From positions 1-20,122 of the IMG/VR virus record IMGVR_UViG_2671181054_000001: DNA of 20,122 nucleotides; one strand, given 5' to 3'. Positions 8,191 to 15,445 of this stretch are shown one piece after another. Origin of the DNA: a virus. Lineage: Duplodnaviria; Heunggongvirae; Uroviricota; Caudoviricetes. The position numbers and the translations under genes are program-made. Each line of letters opens with the position of its first letter. The stretch's first letter is position 1. The notes below the pieces were generated by a model that worked only from the letters and a program-made list of their open reading frames with translations, ran no database searches and had not been told where the DNA came from.

Positions 8191-9232
8191 AATCCGCCTC
8201 GTTTTTAGTTATATGTTCTTTGATAAGTTCAGCATGACGCTTAATGAATTCAGGGGGCAATGCATTCCCTATCATCAAAGCAGCCTTGTCTTTACCAAAT
8301 TGAATAGGAAAATAGTAATCACTCGGAAAAGTTTGTAATAATGCAGCCTCTCGAAGAGTTATTGCTCTATCTTGTTCAGGATGTAAAAAACGACCTTTTG
8401 AAGGATTAGTACATCCACTCGTAATAGTTGGAGCTACATCATCCCACCTCATACGACCGTAAACATCGCGAAAACCATTTGGATATCGTTTATGACATGG
8501 CAGCCAATACTCGTAAGGAAGTTGAGAGCGGCTTCCCCCATCCTTAGGAATAAGACTTATAATTTTTTTAACCTTCTCAGTTCTTCTTTCTAATATATTG
8601 TGCAGCGGATCATTGCTATTTTCAGGTCGAGCCAAATGGCCTATTGCATCGCGCACAGTTATTAAATTACTATTTTTTTGAGCACGAGTAAGCTCTCCGT
8701 ATCGCGAAGCAAGTAGTACCATGCGCTTACGTCTTTGTGGCACACCAAATTTACTAGCATCTTCAATTAAAACTGAATTATCATCGATATGATAACCCAA
8801 TTTCTTAAGCTCCGAAGTAAACATGTTTATTCGTTCGTCAAATGCCAAAGCTGGTACATTTTCAACCATTACAACTTTTGGAAAAAAGACTTTAACAAAA
8901 TCTAAAAAATTAAAAATAAGTTCATTTCTCTCATCAAAGACAGCTACTGTTTTATTTTTTGTTCTTAACGAAGAAAATCCTTGACATGGTGGACAACCTG
9001 CCAACAAATCCAGTTCACCTTGCTGAATTTTTAATTGTTTCATTAATTCATCTGGTGATATATTTTTTATATCCCCATTTATTAAGTTAACATCCGGATG
9101 GTTGATTCTATAGGTTTCAGATACAATAGCTTCTTTTTCGATTGCTGATATGACATCAAAGCCAGCCATTTTTAGACCAACTGTCAAACCACCAGCGCCA
9201 CAAAAAAGATCAATTGCTTTCATTTTATGCAT
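8183..9232 (-). CDS. DNA (cytosine-5)-methyltransferase, Dcm-type (349 aa)
   Basis: Canonical m5C MTase motifs: I DLFCGAGG, IV GCPPCQGFS, VI MVENVPAL, VIII QRRKR, X GNALPP. Start could be M1 (9232) or M4 (9223). Confidence 0.9.
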   Translation of the reverse strand: MHKMKAIDLFCGAGGLTVGLKMAGFDVISAIEKEAIVSETYRINHPDVNLINGDIKNISPDELMKQLKIQQGELDLLAGCPPCQGFSSLRTKNKTVAVFDERNELIFNFLDFVKVFFPKVVMVENVPALAFDERINMFTSELKKLGYHIDDNSVLIEDASKFGVPQRRKRMVLLASRYGELTRAQKNSNLITVRDAIGHLARPENSNDPLHNILERRTEKVKKIISLIPKDGGSRSQLPYEYWLPCHKRYPNGFRDVYGRMRWDDVAPTITSGCTNPSKGRFLHPEQDRAITLREAALLQTFPSDYYFPIQFGKDKAALMIGNALPPEFIKRHAELIKEHITKNEADYG

Positions 9233-9268
9233 TCCATTCCATCATGTATACTATGAATCTAATCGAGA

Positions 9269-9297
9269 ATCATATGAAATTGATAGGCTTTTTACAA
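9269..9297 (-). promoter_or_regulatory. Candidate sigma70 promoter for MTase-GHKL operon
   Basis: Minus strand TTGTAA - 17 bp - TATGAT, about 35 nt upstream of the MTase start codon. Confidence 0.3.
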
Positions 9298-9625
9298 TCT
9301 TTATCATCTATTTTTATTGTCTTATGTAATTTTCTTGGTTATTGGTGGAATGTAATCTCATCTGATATCCTATGTCCTAATAGATAGCAATTCTGTATGA
9401 GCTTTTATTGCCCTCATCAGACGCTTCCTTTATGAAGTTGTTCCGAGCAATGCAGCATCGCATTTATCACTTCTTTTATGTGGCTTATGTGTCACGGCGT
9501 TGTTGCCATCAAGGCCAGCGAACATTCCGTGCCTGTCAAACGCCGTGCAAAGCTCGTTAAACGCCCACGTCCGAACTTCGGCAAGGAAGGCATTGGCGCG
9601 GTCAACTCCTGGTAGCCAATCCTGC

Positions 9626-10048
9626 TCACTGCGCCGCCCCCTGAAAATGCCCCTGATAGAATGCCAGCACACGCTGCATAACTTCGCTCTTCCGGCACTC
9701 GCGACAGATTATGTTCATACGCCTGTCATAGCGGCGTATTTCTCCGTCTGGTAATGACCAGATAAGGTCAGGATCAACCACAACCGTTTTTTTCACCTTT
9801 GCCCTGGATAGTTTTTTGCGGGCGTTTTTCCAGTCCTTACGAGCCTGTTCAGAGGGAAATAACCCATAGCCAGAGTTGTATACATCGCCACTGGCAACCA
9901 ACTCTCTGGCAAGAATGCTCATCAGATATCTTGTCGCACCTGTCTTGGCCTCCAGTTGCCTTAACGTCTCGCGCCCACTCTGGCGTACCAGCTCAACAAC
10001 CTGCTCCTTAATTTTTTCACGCTCTTCCTGTGTAAAAACTTTTGCCAT
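9626..10048 (-). CDS. Hypothetical phage protein, possible winged-helix DNA-binding protein (140 aa)
   Basis: Start at MAKVFTQEE with GGAGG 6 nt upstream; C-terminal CRECRK motif; no confident family. Confidence 0.5.
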   Translation of the reverse strand: MAKVFTQEEREKIKEQVVELVRQSGRETLRQLEAKTGATRYLMSILARELVASGDVYNSGYGLFPSEQARKDWKNARKKLSRAKVKKTVVVDPDLIWSLPDGEIRRYDRRMNIICRECRKSEVMQRVLAFYQGHFQGAAQ

Positions 10049-10063
10049 AAGCGCCTCCGGCAA

Positions 10064-10825
10064 TCACTTTTCCGACACAATACGACAGGAGGAGTCGACA
10101 ATCTGTCGAACAATATCCCGGTACTTGTTCAGCTCCCGCAGCGCGGCGCAGACACGCTCCCACTTCTGGACATGATTTTTCGCCCGGCGCAGCTCACGGT
10201 TTGCCATGTGCAGCGATGGTAAAATCATGTCATCCGCCCGCGTTTCGGTAAACGATGGCAGCGACTGCACAATGTCCGCCACAGTTTCTGTTTTAATATC
10301 TTCCTGTGTTGCATCTTTCTGTACCGGCAACGCAACACCTGCTGGCTGAGGAAAGGCTTTAAAATCAGTTTCCGTTACCGATGCAGCTTTCGGCTCTGCT
10401 GGTAAATTATTGCCCGGTATGCAGTAACGAAATTTACCGTTCTGATTTACGCGAATCAGGCGTCCTTTGCTGATTGCCATTGCCAGCGTTGAAGCAAGTT
10501 TGCGGGATGTGGTACCGAACAGCGTAGCTAGTTCATCCGCCGTTTGTGGTCCGCGTTGTTCAATCGTCGCGGTTAAATCGCACTCTGAGATTTTCGCTAC
10601 TGTTGCCGTGGTGGTTTCTTCCGGCAGTTCTGCCTGCATTGGCTGTTCCTGCTGAACGTTGTTATCAGCCACACGCCAGGTGTACGCGCTTTTATCAACG
10701 AAACCAGCTTTTTTCAGTTCCCATAGTTCGTTCAGCACTTCTTCACGACTGATATCAAGTCGCGCAGCAAGTTCTATGGATGTGGCTTTTCCCATTGCTT
10801 TCAGTGCGTCAAAAACAGTCTCCAT
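10064..10825 (-). CDS. Phage protein with N-terminal winged-helix-like domain (DUF1627-like, YdaW-like), about 254 aa
   Basis: Start at METVFDALK with GGGAGGA 8 nt upstream; position after DnaC-like gene as in Rac ydaV-ydaW. Family from memory. Confidence 0.5.
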   Translation of the reverse strand: METVFDALKAMGKATSIELAARLDISREEVLNELWELKKAGFVDKSAYTWRVADNNVQQEQPMQAELPEETTTATVAKISECDLTATIEQRGPQTADELATLFGTTSRKLASTLAMAISKGRLIRVNQNGKFRYCIPGNNLPAEPKAASVTETDFKAFPQPAGVALPVQKDATQEDIKTETVADIVQSLPSFTETRADDMILPSLHMANRELRRAKNHVQKWERVCAALRELNKYRDIVRQIVDSSCRIVSEK

Positions 10826-10847
10826 TAAAATTTCCTCCCGATAAAAA

Positions 10848-11594
10848 TTACTTCGCAGTTCCTGGCTGGACGACATTCGGACGCCAGCTCTCCCAGTTAA
10901 AATTCACCCATCGCCCGCCGTTCATGGTCATGCGATCCATAATCCGCTCGCCGAGCAATGTTTTCATGGCCTCATAGTTCAGGTTTGTCAGCATCCCCAC
11001 GCTGCGCATCGACGCTGTCCGGCGATCAACAATCTGGTGCAGTACCACCTGCTCGTTTTTTGTCTCGCGCTGAATGCCAATTTCATCAAGAACCAGCAGA
11101 TCCACTTCGCACAGTTCCCGCAAAAATTTTTCGCCTGATTGCCCGTCGTCATAGCTGGCGTGTAGAGCACTCATGACATCAGCCACAGTAACCACAATCA
11201 CTGTCTGGCCATCTTTCAGCAGACGATTCCCGATAGCCGCCGCCAGATGGTTTTTTCCGGTACCAGGTTTTCCGCTGAACGCAAAATTTGTACACCCGGT
11301 CATCAGTTCATCAGCGATAGATTTCGCCTGGCTCAACGCGTATCGCTGACCGTCGTTCTGCACCTGGTAATTCGCAAACGAGCATTTACGGTGCAACGGC
11401 TGGATGCCTGAGCGATTCAGAATTTTTTCCACCCGCAACTGGCGATTCAGGCGGTTGATCTCCTCGCTACGTTTCTGGCCTTCAGCAAGTTGCCACTCGC
11501 GCCACTCCGCTACCGTTCTGAATGGGGCGGTTACATGTGGCGGGGTCAGTCGGCGGATGCGTTCCAGAACGCCGCCTGTCGCAATATTTTTCAT
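10848..11594 (-). CDS. DnaC/IstB-like AAA+ helicase loader (replication protein, YdaV-like)
   Basis: Walker [16 protein letters not shown] and Walker [10 protein letters not shown]; 248 aa. Confidence 0.85.
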   Translation of the reverse strand: MKNIATGGVLERIRRLTPPHVTAPFRTVAEWREWQLAEGQKRSEEINRLNRQLRVEKILNRSGIQPLHRKCSFANYQVQNDGQRYALSQAKSIADELMTGCTNFAFSGKPGTGKNHLAAAIGNRLLKDGQTVIVVTVADVMSALHASYDDGQSGEKFLRELCEVDLLVLDEIGIQRETKNEQVVLHQIVDRRTASMRSVGMLTNLNYEAMKTLLGERIMDRMTMNGGRWVNFNWESWRPNVVQPGTAK

Positions 11595-11600
11595 GGTTCG

Positions 11601-12389
11601 TTACCCCCTGAAGCCTGGCGGGATCGCACTGTCCGGCAACGAGACGGTGTTAACCTGTCTGAGCAACGTCTCAGGCCTAACACCTTTCGGCGCGAACAAG
11701 CCCTGGTATTCATTGGCGATGCTATGTCGAATCACCTGCTCAGGGGTAAAACCCTGCTGGCGGAATTTTTCCAGTTCCCGTATCGCCCCGTTAGCGCCCT
11801 GCTCCGTTCGAATCGGTTTTCGCAATGCCTGCCTGAACCGGACCCACTCATGCCAGAGTGTTTCCGGCAACCAATCGGGCAACTCAATAGCCTCCGGCTC
11901 GAATTTTTTAGATGCTCGTTTTTGGCGAGGGGGATTTAGGGGGAGATCAGTATTTATATCTTCCTCTTCCTCTTCCTCTGGTAACGCTTTTTGATCCGTT
12001 TGTGTAACGCTGGCAGCGTTACCTTTTCGTTTCAGTTTGCGTATTTTTGTAACCCTCTCGTTTGTAATCGCCCGTTTTTTAGAGCTTTTTCCGTTATGAC
12101 GTTCAAAGTTAGGTAGAGAAAGCCCACCGTTATTTTCGACCAGCCATCCAACCTGAATTAACGCATCAGCAAAACCAGCCATAAAAGTGATGCGATCTAT
12201 TGCACTTTTTGTAACGCCGCGAGCGTTACACTCTGCGTTACCGTCTATCATTTGTTGATCCGCCCATGCCCAGAAGCGAATGACTTTCCCTAATGCGGCA
12301 TCTGGATCAATATTCAGAATCTCAGCAAGCCTGAATATTTCCGGCTTATCCGGCGTAATAACCTCGAGCTTTATCCAGTTTGAAGCCAT
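11601..12389 (-). CDS. Replication initiation-module protein (YdaU/DUF1376-like), about 262 aa, with poly-Glu linker
   Basis: Start at MASNWIKLEV with GGTGA 7 nt upstream; directly precedes DnaC-like loader; contains internal palindromic repeats. Confidence 0.55.
   Translation of the reverse strand: MASNWIKLEVITPDKPEIFRLAEILNIDPDAALGKVIRFWAWADQQMIDGNAECNARGVTKSAIDRITFMAGFADALIQVGWLVENNGGLSLPNFERHNGKSSKKRAITNERVTKIRKLKRKGNAASVTQTDQKALPEEEEEEDINTDLPLNPPRQKRASKKFEPEAIELPDWLPETLWHEWVRFRQALRKPIRTEQGANGAIRELEKFRQQGFTPEQVIRHSIANEYQGLFAPKGVRPETLLRQVNTVSLPDSAIPPGFRG
12004..12022. repeat. 19-bp palindrome GTAACGC-N5-GCGTTAC, copy 1 (inside replication gene)
   Basis: gtaacgc tggca gcgttac; exact 7-bp arms. 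Confidence 0.8.
12211..12229. repeat. 19-bp palindrome GTAACGC-N5-GCGTTAC, copy 2 (inside replication gene), followed by an extra GCGTTAC at 12235-12241
   Basis: gtaacgc cgcga gcgttac; exact 7-bp arms. Confidence 0.8.
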
Positions 12390-12403
12390 ATTGTTTTCAC
12401 CTT

Positions 12404-12422
12404 GTAACGCTGTAAGCGTTAC
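12404..12422. repeat. 19-bp palindrome GTAACGC-N5-GCGTTAC, copy 3 (intergenic, overlapping RBS region of replication gene)
   Basis: gtaacgc tgtaa gcgttac; exact 7-bp arms. Confidence 0.8.
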
Positions 12423-12467
12423 ATTTAACTGATACCGAACAAAACAGTCCGGCACGATTAATTTCAA

Positions 12468-12890
12468 TCAATGCACTACGACAGAATCGCCGGGCGACCC
12501 ACCGCCGCTGAAATATGCTTTACGGTAAACGGCCTGGACTGCATCATCATGCGCATCAATTGCCGTACTCAACGCTTCCTGCGCCGCCAGTAATGCACGG
12601 CGTTCCAGGGTATCGAAGATGCAGAGTCGGTGACGCAGCTCGCGCGGAAGAATTGCCAGAACCGCAGGGATCAGTTTCTGAATTTTTTCCCTTTGCGCTT
12701 TCGTTTCACCTTTCAACCAACGGTGATAGATATTCTGCTGATTGTTCCAGTCCTTGCCTGGTACCAGGGGCAATTCGCCGCCCCCCTGGCGCAGATATTC
12801 TTCAGTAATTGCGTTAGCAACCCACGCCTGCCCTTTTTCGGCTGCTAGGGCTAACAACACTGATTCGATGTGCTCATGCCTGATTTTCAT
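12468..12890 (-). CDS. YdaT-like (CII-like) early regulatory protein, 140 aa
   Basis: Second gene of the rightward early operon, ATGA-coupled to the Cro-like gene; size matches Rac YdaT as recalled. Confidence 0.55.
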   Translation of the reverse strand: MKIRHEHIESVLLALAAEKGQAWVANAITEEYLRQGGGELPLVPGKDWNNQQNIYHRWLKGETKAQREKIQKLIPAVLAILPRELRHRLCIFDTLERRALLAAQEALSTAIDAHDDAVQAVYRKAYFSGGGSPGDSVVVH

Positions 12891-13129
12891 GAATCAACCG
12901 CTCCTATGCTGTTTTCGCTATGCTTACCGTCTGGGGGGAATACATCGTCAAGTCCACAATGAGCACCAAGCCGATTAAGGGTGGAAACAATTTTTCTGCA
13001 CTCCTCTAGCCCAGGGGTACGAAAATTTGCTTCGTAATTTGCCAGTCGGCTTTGTATCCACCCTAGCTGAACAGCGAGTTGTCTTTGAGACAGACCAAGT
13101 TGTTTTCGATATGTTGAAATTTTGTTCAT
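12887..13129 (-). CDS. Cro/YdaS-like HTH (XRE-family) early regulator, 80 aa
   Basis: HTH LGLSQRQLAVQLGWIQSRLANYE; GGAGG 6 nt upstream of ATG; divergent from repressor gene. Confidence 0.7.
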   Translation of the reverse strand: MNKISTYRKQLGLSQRQLAVQLGWIQSRLANYEANFRTPGLEECRKIVSTLNRLGAHCGLDDVFPPDGKHSENSIGAVDS

Positions 13130-13225
13130 TAAAAACCTCCGACGACAATTTTAAACACACCTTGTGTTTTACGGTCAAGCTATTTTGTGTTTTATATAAA
13201 TCACGATTCGTGATACAAGGACGAA
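13130..13225. promoter_or_regulatory. Divergent promoter/operator region between Cro-like and repressor genes
   Basis: Palindrome AAACACA-cct-TGTGTTT at 13153-13169; 10-bp direct repeat TTGTGTTTTA at 13162-13171 and 13185-13194; palindrome ATCACGA-T-TCGTGAT at 13200-13214; minus-strand promoter candidate TTGACC - 17 bp - TTTAAA. Confidence 0.6.
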
Positions 13226-13645
13226 ATGGAAAAAGAAAACGAAAAAATTGCCGCTAGTAGGCTCAATGACAAAATTGCAATGCGTCTTAAAGAGCGCAGG
13301 CAGAAGCTTGGTTTATCTCAAGGAAAACTTGCTGAAATCTGCGGATGGACGCAATCGCGTATAGGTAACTATGAGGCGGGCAGCAGAAATGTTGGAGTGC
13401 ATGATGCTGTCGTCCTGGGAAAGGCGCTGGGCATATCTCCTCCTGAGCTCCTCTTTGGGGAAAAAGACTCTTCTGAATTGTGGTTAAATGAATCCCAACG
13501 AAAACTTCTTGAGTTGTTTAACCAGCTACCGGGCTCAGAACAACAACGAATGATTGAGCTATTTGAAGTCCGGCTAAAAGAAATCGACGAGTATGTAGAA
13601 AAATATTTGAGGGGCAGGCTTAAAGATACCCCCCCACCGGAGTAA
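13226..13645 (+). CDS. CI/RacR-like XRE-family HTH repressor without peptidase S24 domain (139 aa)
   Basis: HTH LGLSQGKLAEICGWTQSRIGNYEAG; AAGGA RBS; divergent from cro-like gene; followed by a strong terminator. Confidence 0.75.
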   Translation: MEKENEKIAASRLNDKIAMRLKERRQKLGLSQGKLAEICGWTQSRIGNYEAGSRNVGVHDAVVLGKALGISPPELLFGEKDSSELWLNESQRKLLELFNQLPGSEQQRMIELFEVRLKEIDEYVEKYLRGRLKDTPPPE

Positions 13646-13675
13646 TGATCTTGCTATCACAGTAATATGCCAATC

Positions 13676-13700
13676 AGCCCGCTATCAGCGGGTTTTTTTT
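13676..13700 (+). terminator. Rho-independent terminator after repressor gene
   Basis: cccgc-tatca-gcggg stem followed by T8. Confidence 0.7.
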
Positions 13701-13730
13701 GTACCATCATCATATGACACGCCACCATAA

Positions 13731-13773
13731 AAACACACTTTGTGTTGACTTACAAAAACCATTTGTGTTTAAT
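13731..13773 (+). promoter_or_regulatory. pL-like promoter with overlapping operator for the leftward early operon
   Basis: Palindrome AAACACA-ctt-TGTGTTg at 13731-13747; TTGACT (13745-13750) - 17 bp - TTTAAT (13768-13773); half-site TTGTGTTTAA overlaps the -10. Confidence 0.4.
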
Positions 13774-13947
13774 AAGCATATCCAAACAACGCCCCACCGG
13801 AGAACGGCAGGACAATACCTCGAGTTATCCAGCCACTGAACAGGGCTAAGTAGCCAGCCTGAGGCATACGAACATGACGGCAGTTGTTGATTGATACAAA
13901 GCGCAGTAGATAAAACGTTCCGCCACCCGGCGTTAAGGGGAAAAAAG

Positions 13948-14082
13948 ATGGTGCATTACGAAGTAGTTCAGTATTTGATGGATTGTTGCGGTATCACTTA
14001 CAGCCAGGCTGTGCAGGCTTTACGTAGCAACGACTGGGATCTCTGGCAAGCAGAAGCCTCTATCCGCAACAACAAGATGTGA
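13948..14082 (+). CDS. Small early protein, 44 aa (YdaG-like by size and position)
   Basis: ATG at 13948 preceded by AAGGGG; first gene downstream of pL-like promoter. Confidence 0.4.
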   Translation: MVHYEVVQYLMDCCGITYSQAVQALRSNDWDLWQAEASIRNNKM

Positions 14083-14092
14083 GGTGCGAAAA

Positions 14093-14362
14093 ATGCAAAA
14101 AATCGACCTCGGCAATAACGAATCCATGGTGTGCGGCGTGTTCCCCAACCAAGATGGAACGTTCACTGCTATGACGTATACCAAAAGCAAAACGTTTAAC
14201 GTCGCTGGCTGGAAAGAAATTCAGGTGAGTGATATGGATTTCGACGCAATCATGAAAAAGGCTTACGAAGAATACTTCGAAGGCCTTGCCGAAGGCGAAG
14301 AAGCTCTCAGCTTCGGTGAGTTTAAACAGGCGCTTTCCAGTTCGACAAAATCTATCGACTAA
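14093..14362 (+). CDS. Hypothetical acidic early protein, 89 aa
   Basis: ATG at 14093 preceded by GAGGTG; tightly follows the preceding gene. Confidence 0.5.
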   Translation: MQKIDLGNNESMVCGVFPNQDGTFTAMTYTKSKTFNVAGWKEIQVSDMDFDAIMKKAYEEYFEGLAEGEEALSFGEFKQALSSSTKSID

Positions 14363-14373
14363 CGGGGTTAAAG

Positions 14374-14532
14374 ATGGAATTTAAAGATTTACCTCCAGAC
14401 ACTCAGAAAATCGCCGCAGAAACACTGAAATCTCTCATTTTGAACGGGGAGACAGAAAAGGTAGAGCCAGCTAAAAAACTGGCTCAAGAAATCAGAGAAG
14501 CCTTTATTGCTCTTTATCAGTCTTCTCCATAG
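14374..14532 (+). CDS. Hypothetical small protein, 52 aa (below the ORF-track size cut-off)
   Basis: ATG 11 nt after the previous stop; weak GGGG SD; read by hand: MEFKDLPPDTQKIAAETLKSLILNGETEKVEPAKKLAQEIREAFIALYQSSP. Confidence 0.3.
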   Translation: MEFKDLPPDTQKIAAETLKSLILNGETEKVEPAKKLAQEIREAFIALYQSSP

Positions 14533-14689
14533 CGGCTTGTTTTTCTTCTTTTAATATATTGCGAATTGTAATAACTGAATTAGCCGCCTCTGAAGGGGAT
14601 GACATTTTGCCAGCCCGAATTAACTCAACTGTTAAGTTCAAAGCTGCAACAGATGGATAGGTAAATGGGTTAATTAACTTGTCTGACAT
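14504..14689 (-). CDS. Hypothetical small protein, 61 aa, convergent to early operon
   Basis: Start at MSDKLINPF with GGAGG 5 nt upstream. Confidence 0.4.
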   Translation of the reverse strand: MSDKLINPFTYPSVAALNLTVELIRAGKMSSPSEAANSVITIRNILKEEKQAAMEKTDKEQ

Positions 14690-15256
14690 TTTATCCTCCA
14701 TTGAGGTTCTGGGTTAAAAATGGAGACCAACACGCTGCCACATGTGGTCGTGCGCCGGACACGGATAAGAATCCGGCACTGACAGTTTACTGAAAGGATA
14801 TATCCCTGAAAAGTCAGGGCATAACGCGAAAGCGCACGGCGAAGTTCGTCTCACTGTACGGTGTCGTTAAATTTAATTCGACCGTGCGCTTCCGGTTGTG
14901 GCACTCCGCGAAATGGCGCGGCGGTACGTATGGCGGGGTTATTCCTTCCCCCTGTTGAGGACACCGGGTTGTCAGGTTGACCATACGCCTGAGTGACAAC
15001 CCCGCTGCAACAACCCATGTTGATTACCTTTTGGCGGCATCAGTTTCATTGCTGGCTGATGTCCGTCCTTTTTAAAGTGAATTTTGTGATGCGGTGAATG
15101 CGGCTCAGCGCACGCGGAACAGTTAAAAAGGCCAGTTGACTTCCGTATTGGTTCTTATGGGTGGGTTCTCTGTATCCGGCGTTAATTGTTAACTGGTTAA
15201 CGTCACCTGGAGGCACCAGGCACTGCATCACAAAATTCATTGTTGAGGACGCGATA

Positions 15257-15445
15257 ATGGAAACATTATTACCAAACGTTAATACGTCTGAAGGTTGTTT
15301 TGAAATTGGTGTCAGTATCAGTAACCCTGCATTTACTGAAGATGCCATTAATAAGAGAAAACACGAACGGGAGTTATTAAATCAAATATGCATTGTTTCA
15401 ATGCTGGCCCGTTTACGTCTGATGCAAAAAGGATACTGGCAATGA
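15257..15445 (+). CDS. Hypothetical small protein, 62 aa
   Basis: ATG with GAGGA 7 nt upstream; ATGA-coupled to next gene. Confidence 0.4.
   Translation: METLLPNVNTSEGCFEIGVSISNPAFTEDAINKRKHERELLNQICIVSMLARLRLMQKGYWQ

Larger units (their letters stand above)
5100..9430. other. AT-rich horizontally acquired island (by-eye estimate 32-38 percent GC against about 50 percent in flanking phage genes) carrying the MTase-GHKL operon and an 850-bp ORF-free region
   Basis: Sampled 60-nt stretches: 7201-7260 about 32 percent GC, 10201-10260 about 52 percent GC. Boundaries approximate. Confidence 0.6.

Noticed and set aside
9430-9754. Three mutually overlapping ORFs (80 and 68 aa minus, 84 aa plus)
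   Set aside because: Overlap each other and the 3' end of the 140-aa gene; no SD; more likely a gene remnant or non-coding. Kept as a finding about the boundary rather than as genes.
9799-10175. Plus-strand ORFs of 70 and 99 aa antisense to the 140-aa and DUF1627-like genes
   Set aside because: Embedded antisense ORFs.
10467-10977. Plus-strand ORFs of 61-68 aa antisense to the DUF1627-like and DnaC-like genes
   Set aside because: Embedded antisense; Ser-rich low-complexity translations.
11959-11979. Tandem hexamer repeat (cttcct x3)
   Set aside because: Lies within the initiator CDS and simply encodes the poly-Glu linker (EEEEEE) on the minus strand; possible slippage site but not an independent element.
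11404-11994. Plus-strand ORFs of 196 and 149 aa antisense to DnaC-like and initiator genes
   Set aside because: Long antisense frames are common in GC-balanced coding DNA; the minus-strand genes have Walker motifs, SD sequences and coupling; the antisense translations are Arg/Ser-rich.
12515-12978. Plus-strand ORFs of 97, 72 and 78 aa antisense to YdaT-like and Cro-like genes
   Set aside because: Embedded antisense ORFs.
12975-13257. 67-aa minus ORF and 76-aa plus ORF across the immunity intergenic region
   Set aside because: Alternative frames overlapping the Cro-like gene and the operator/promoter region.
14814-14999. Minus-strand 61-aa ORF
   Set aside because: Starts with a non-ATG codon, no SD, lies over a region of nested inverted repeats.
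15046-15348. Minus-strand 100-aa ORF
   Set aside because: Antisense to the SD-supported small plus-strand gene and to promoter-like sequence; no SD.
15161-15445. Longer 94-aa version of the plus-strand small gene
   Set aside because: The upstream Met has no SD; the internal Met at 15257 has GAGGA at proper spacing.
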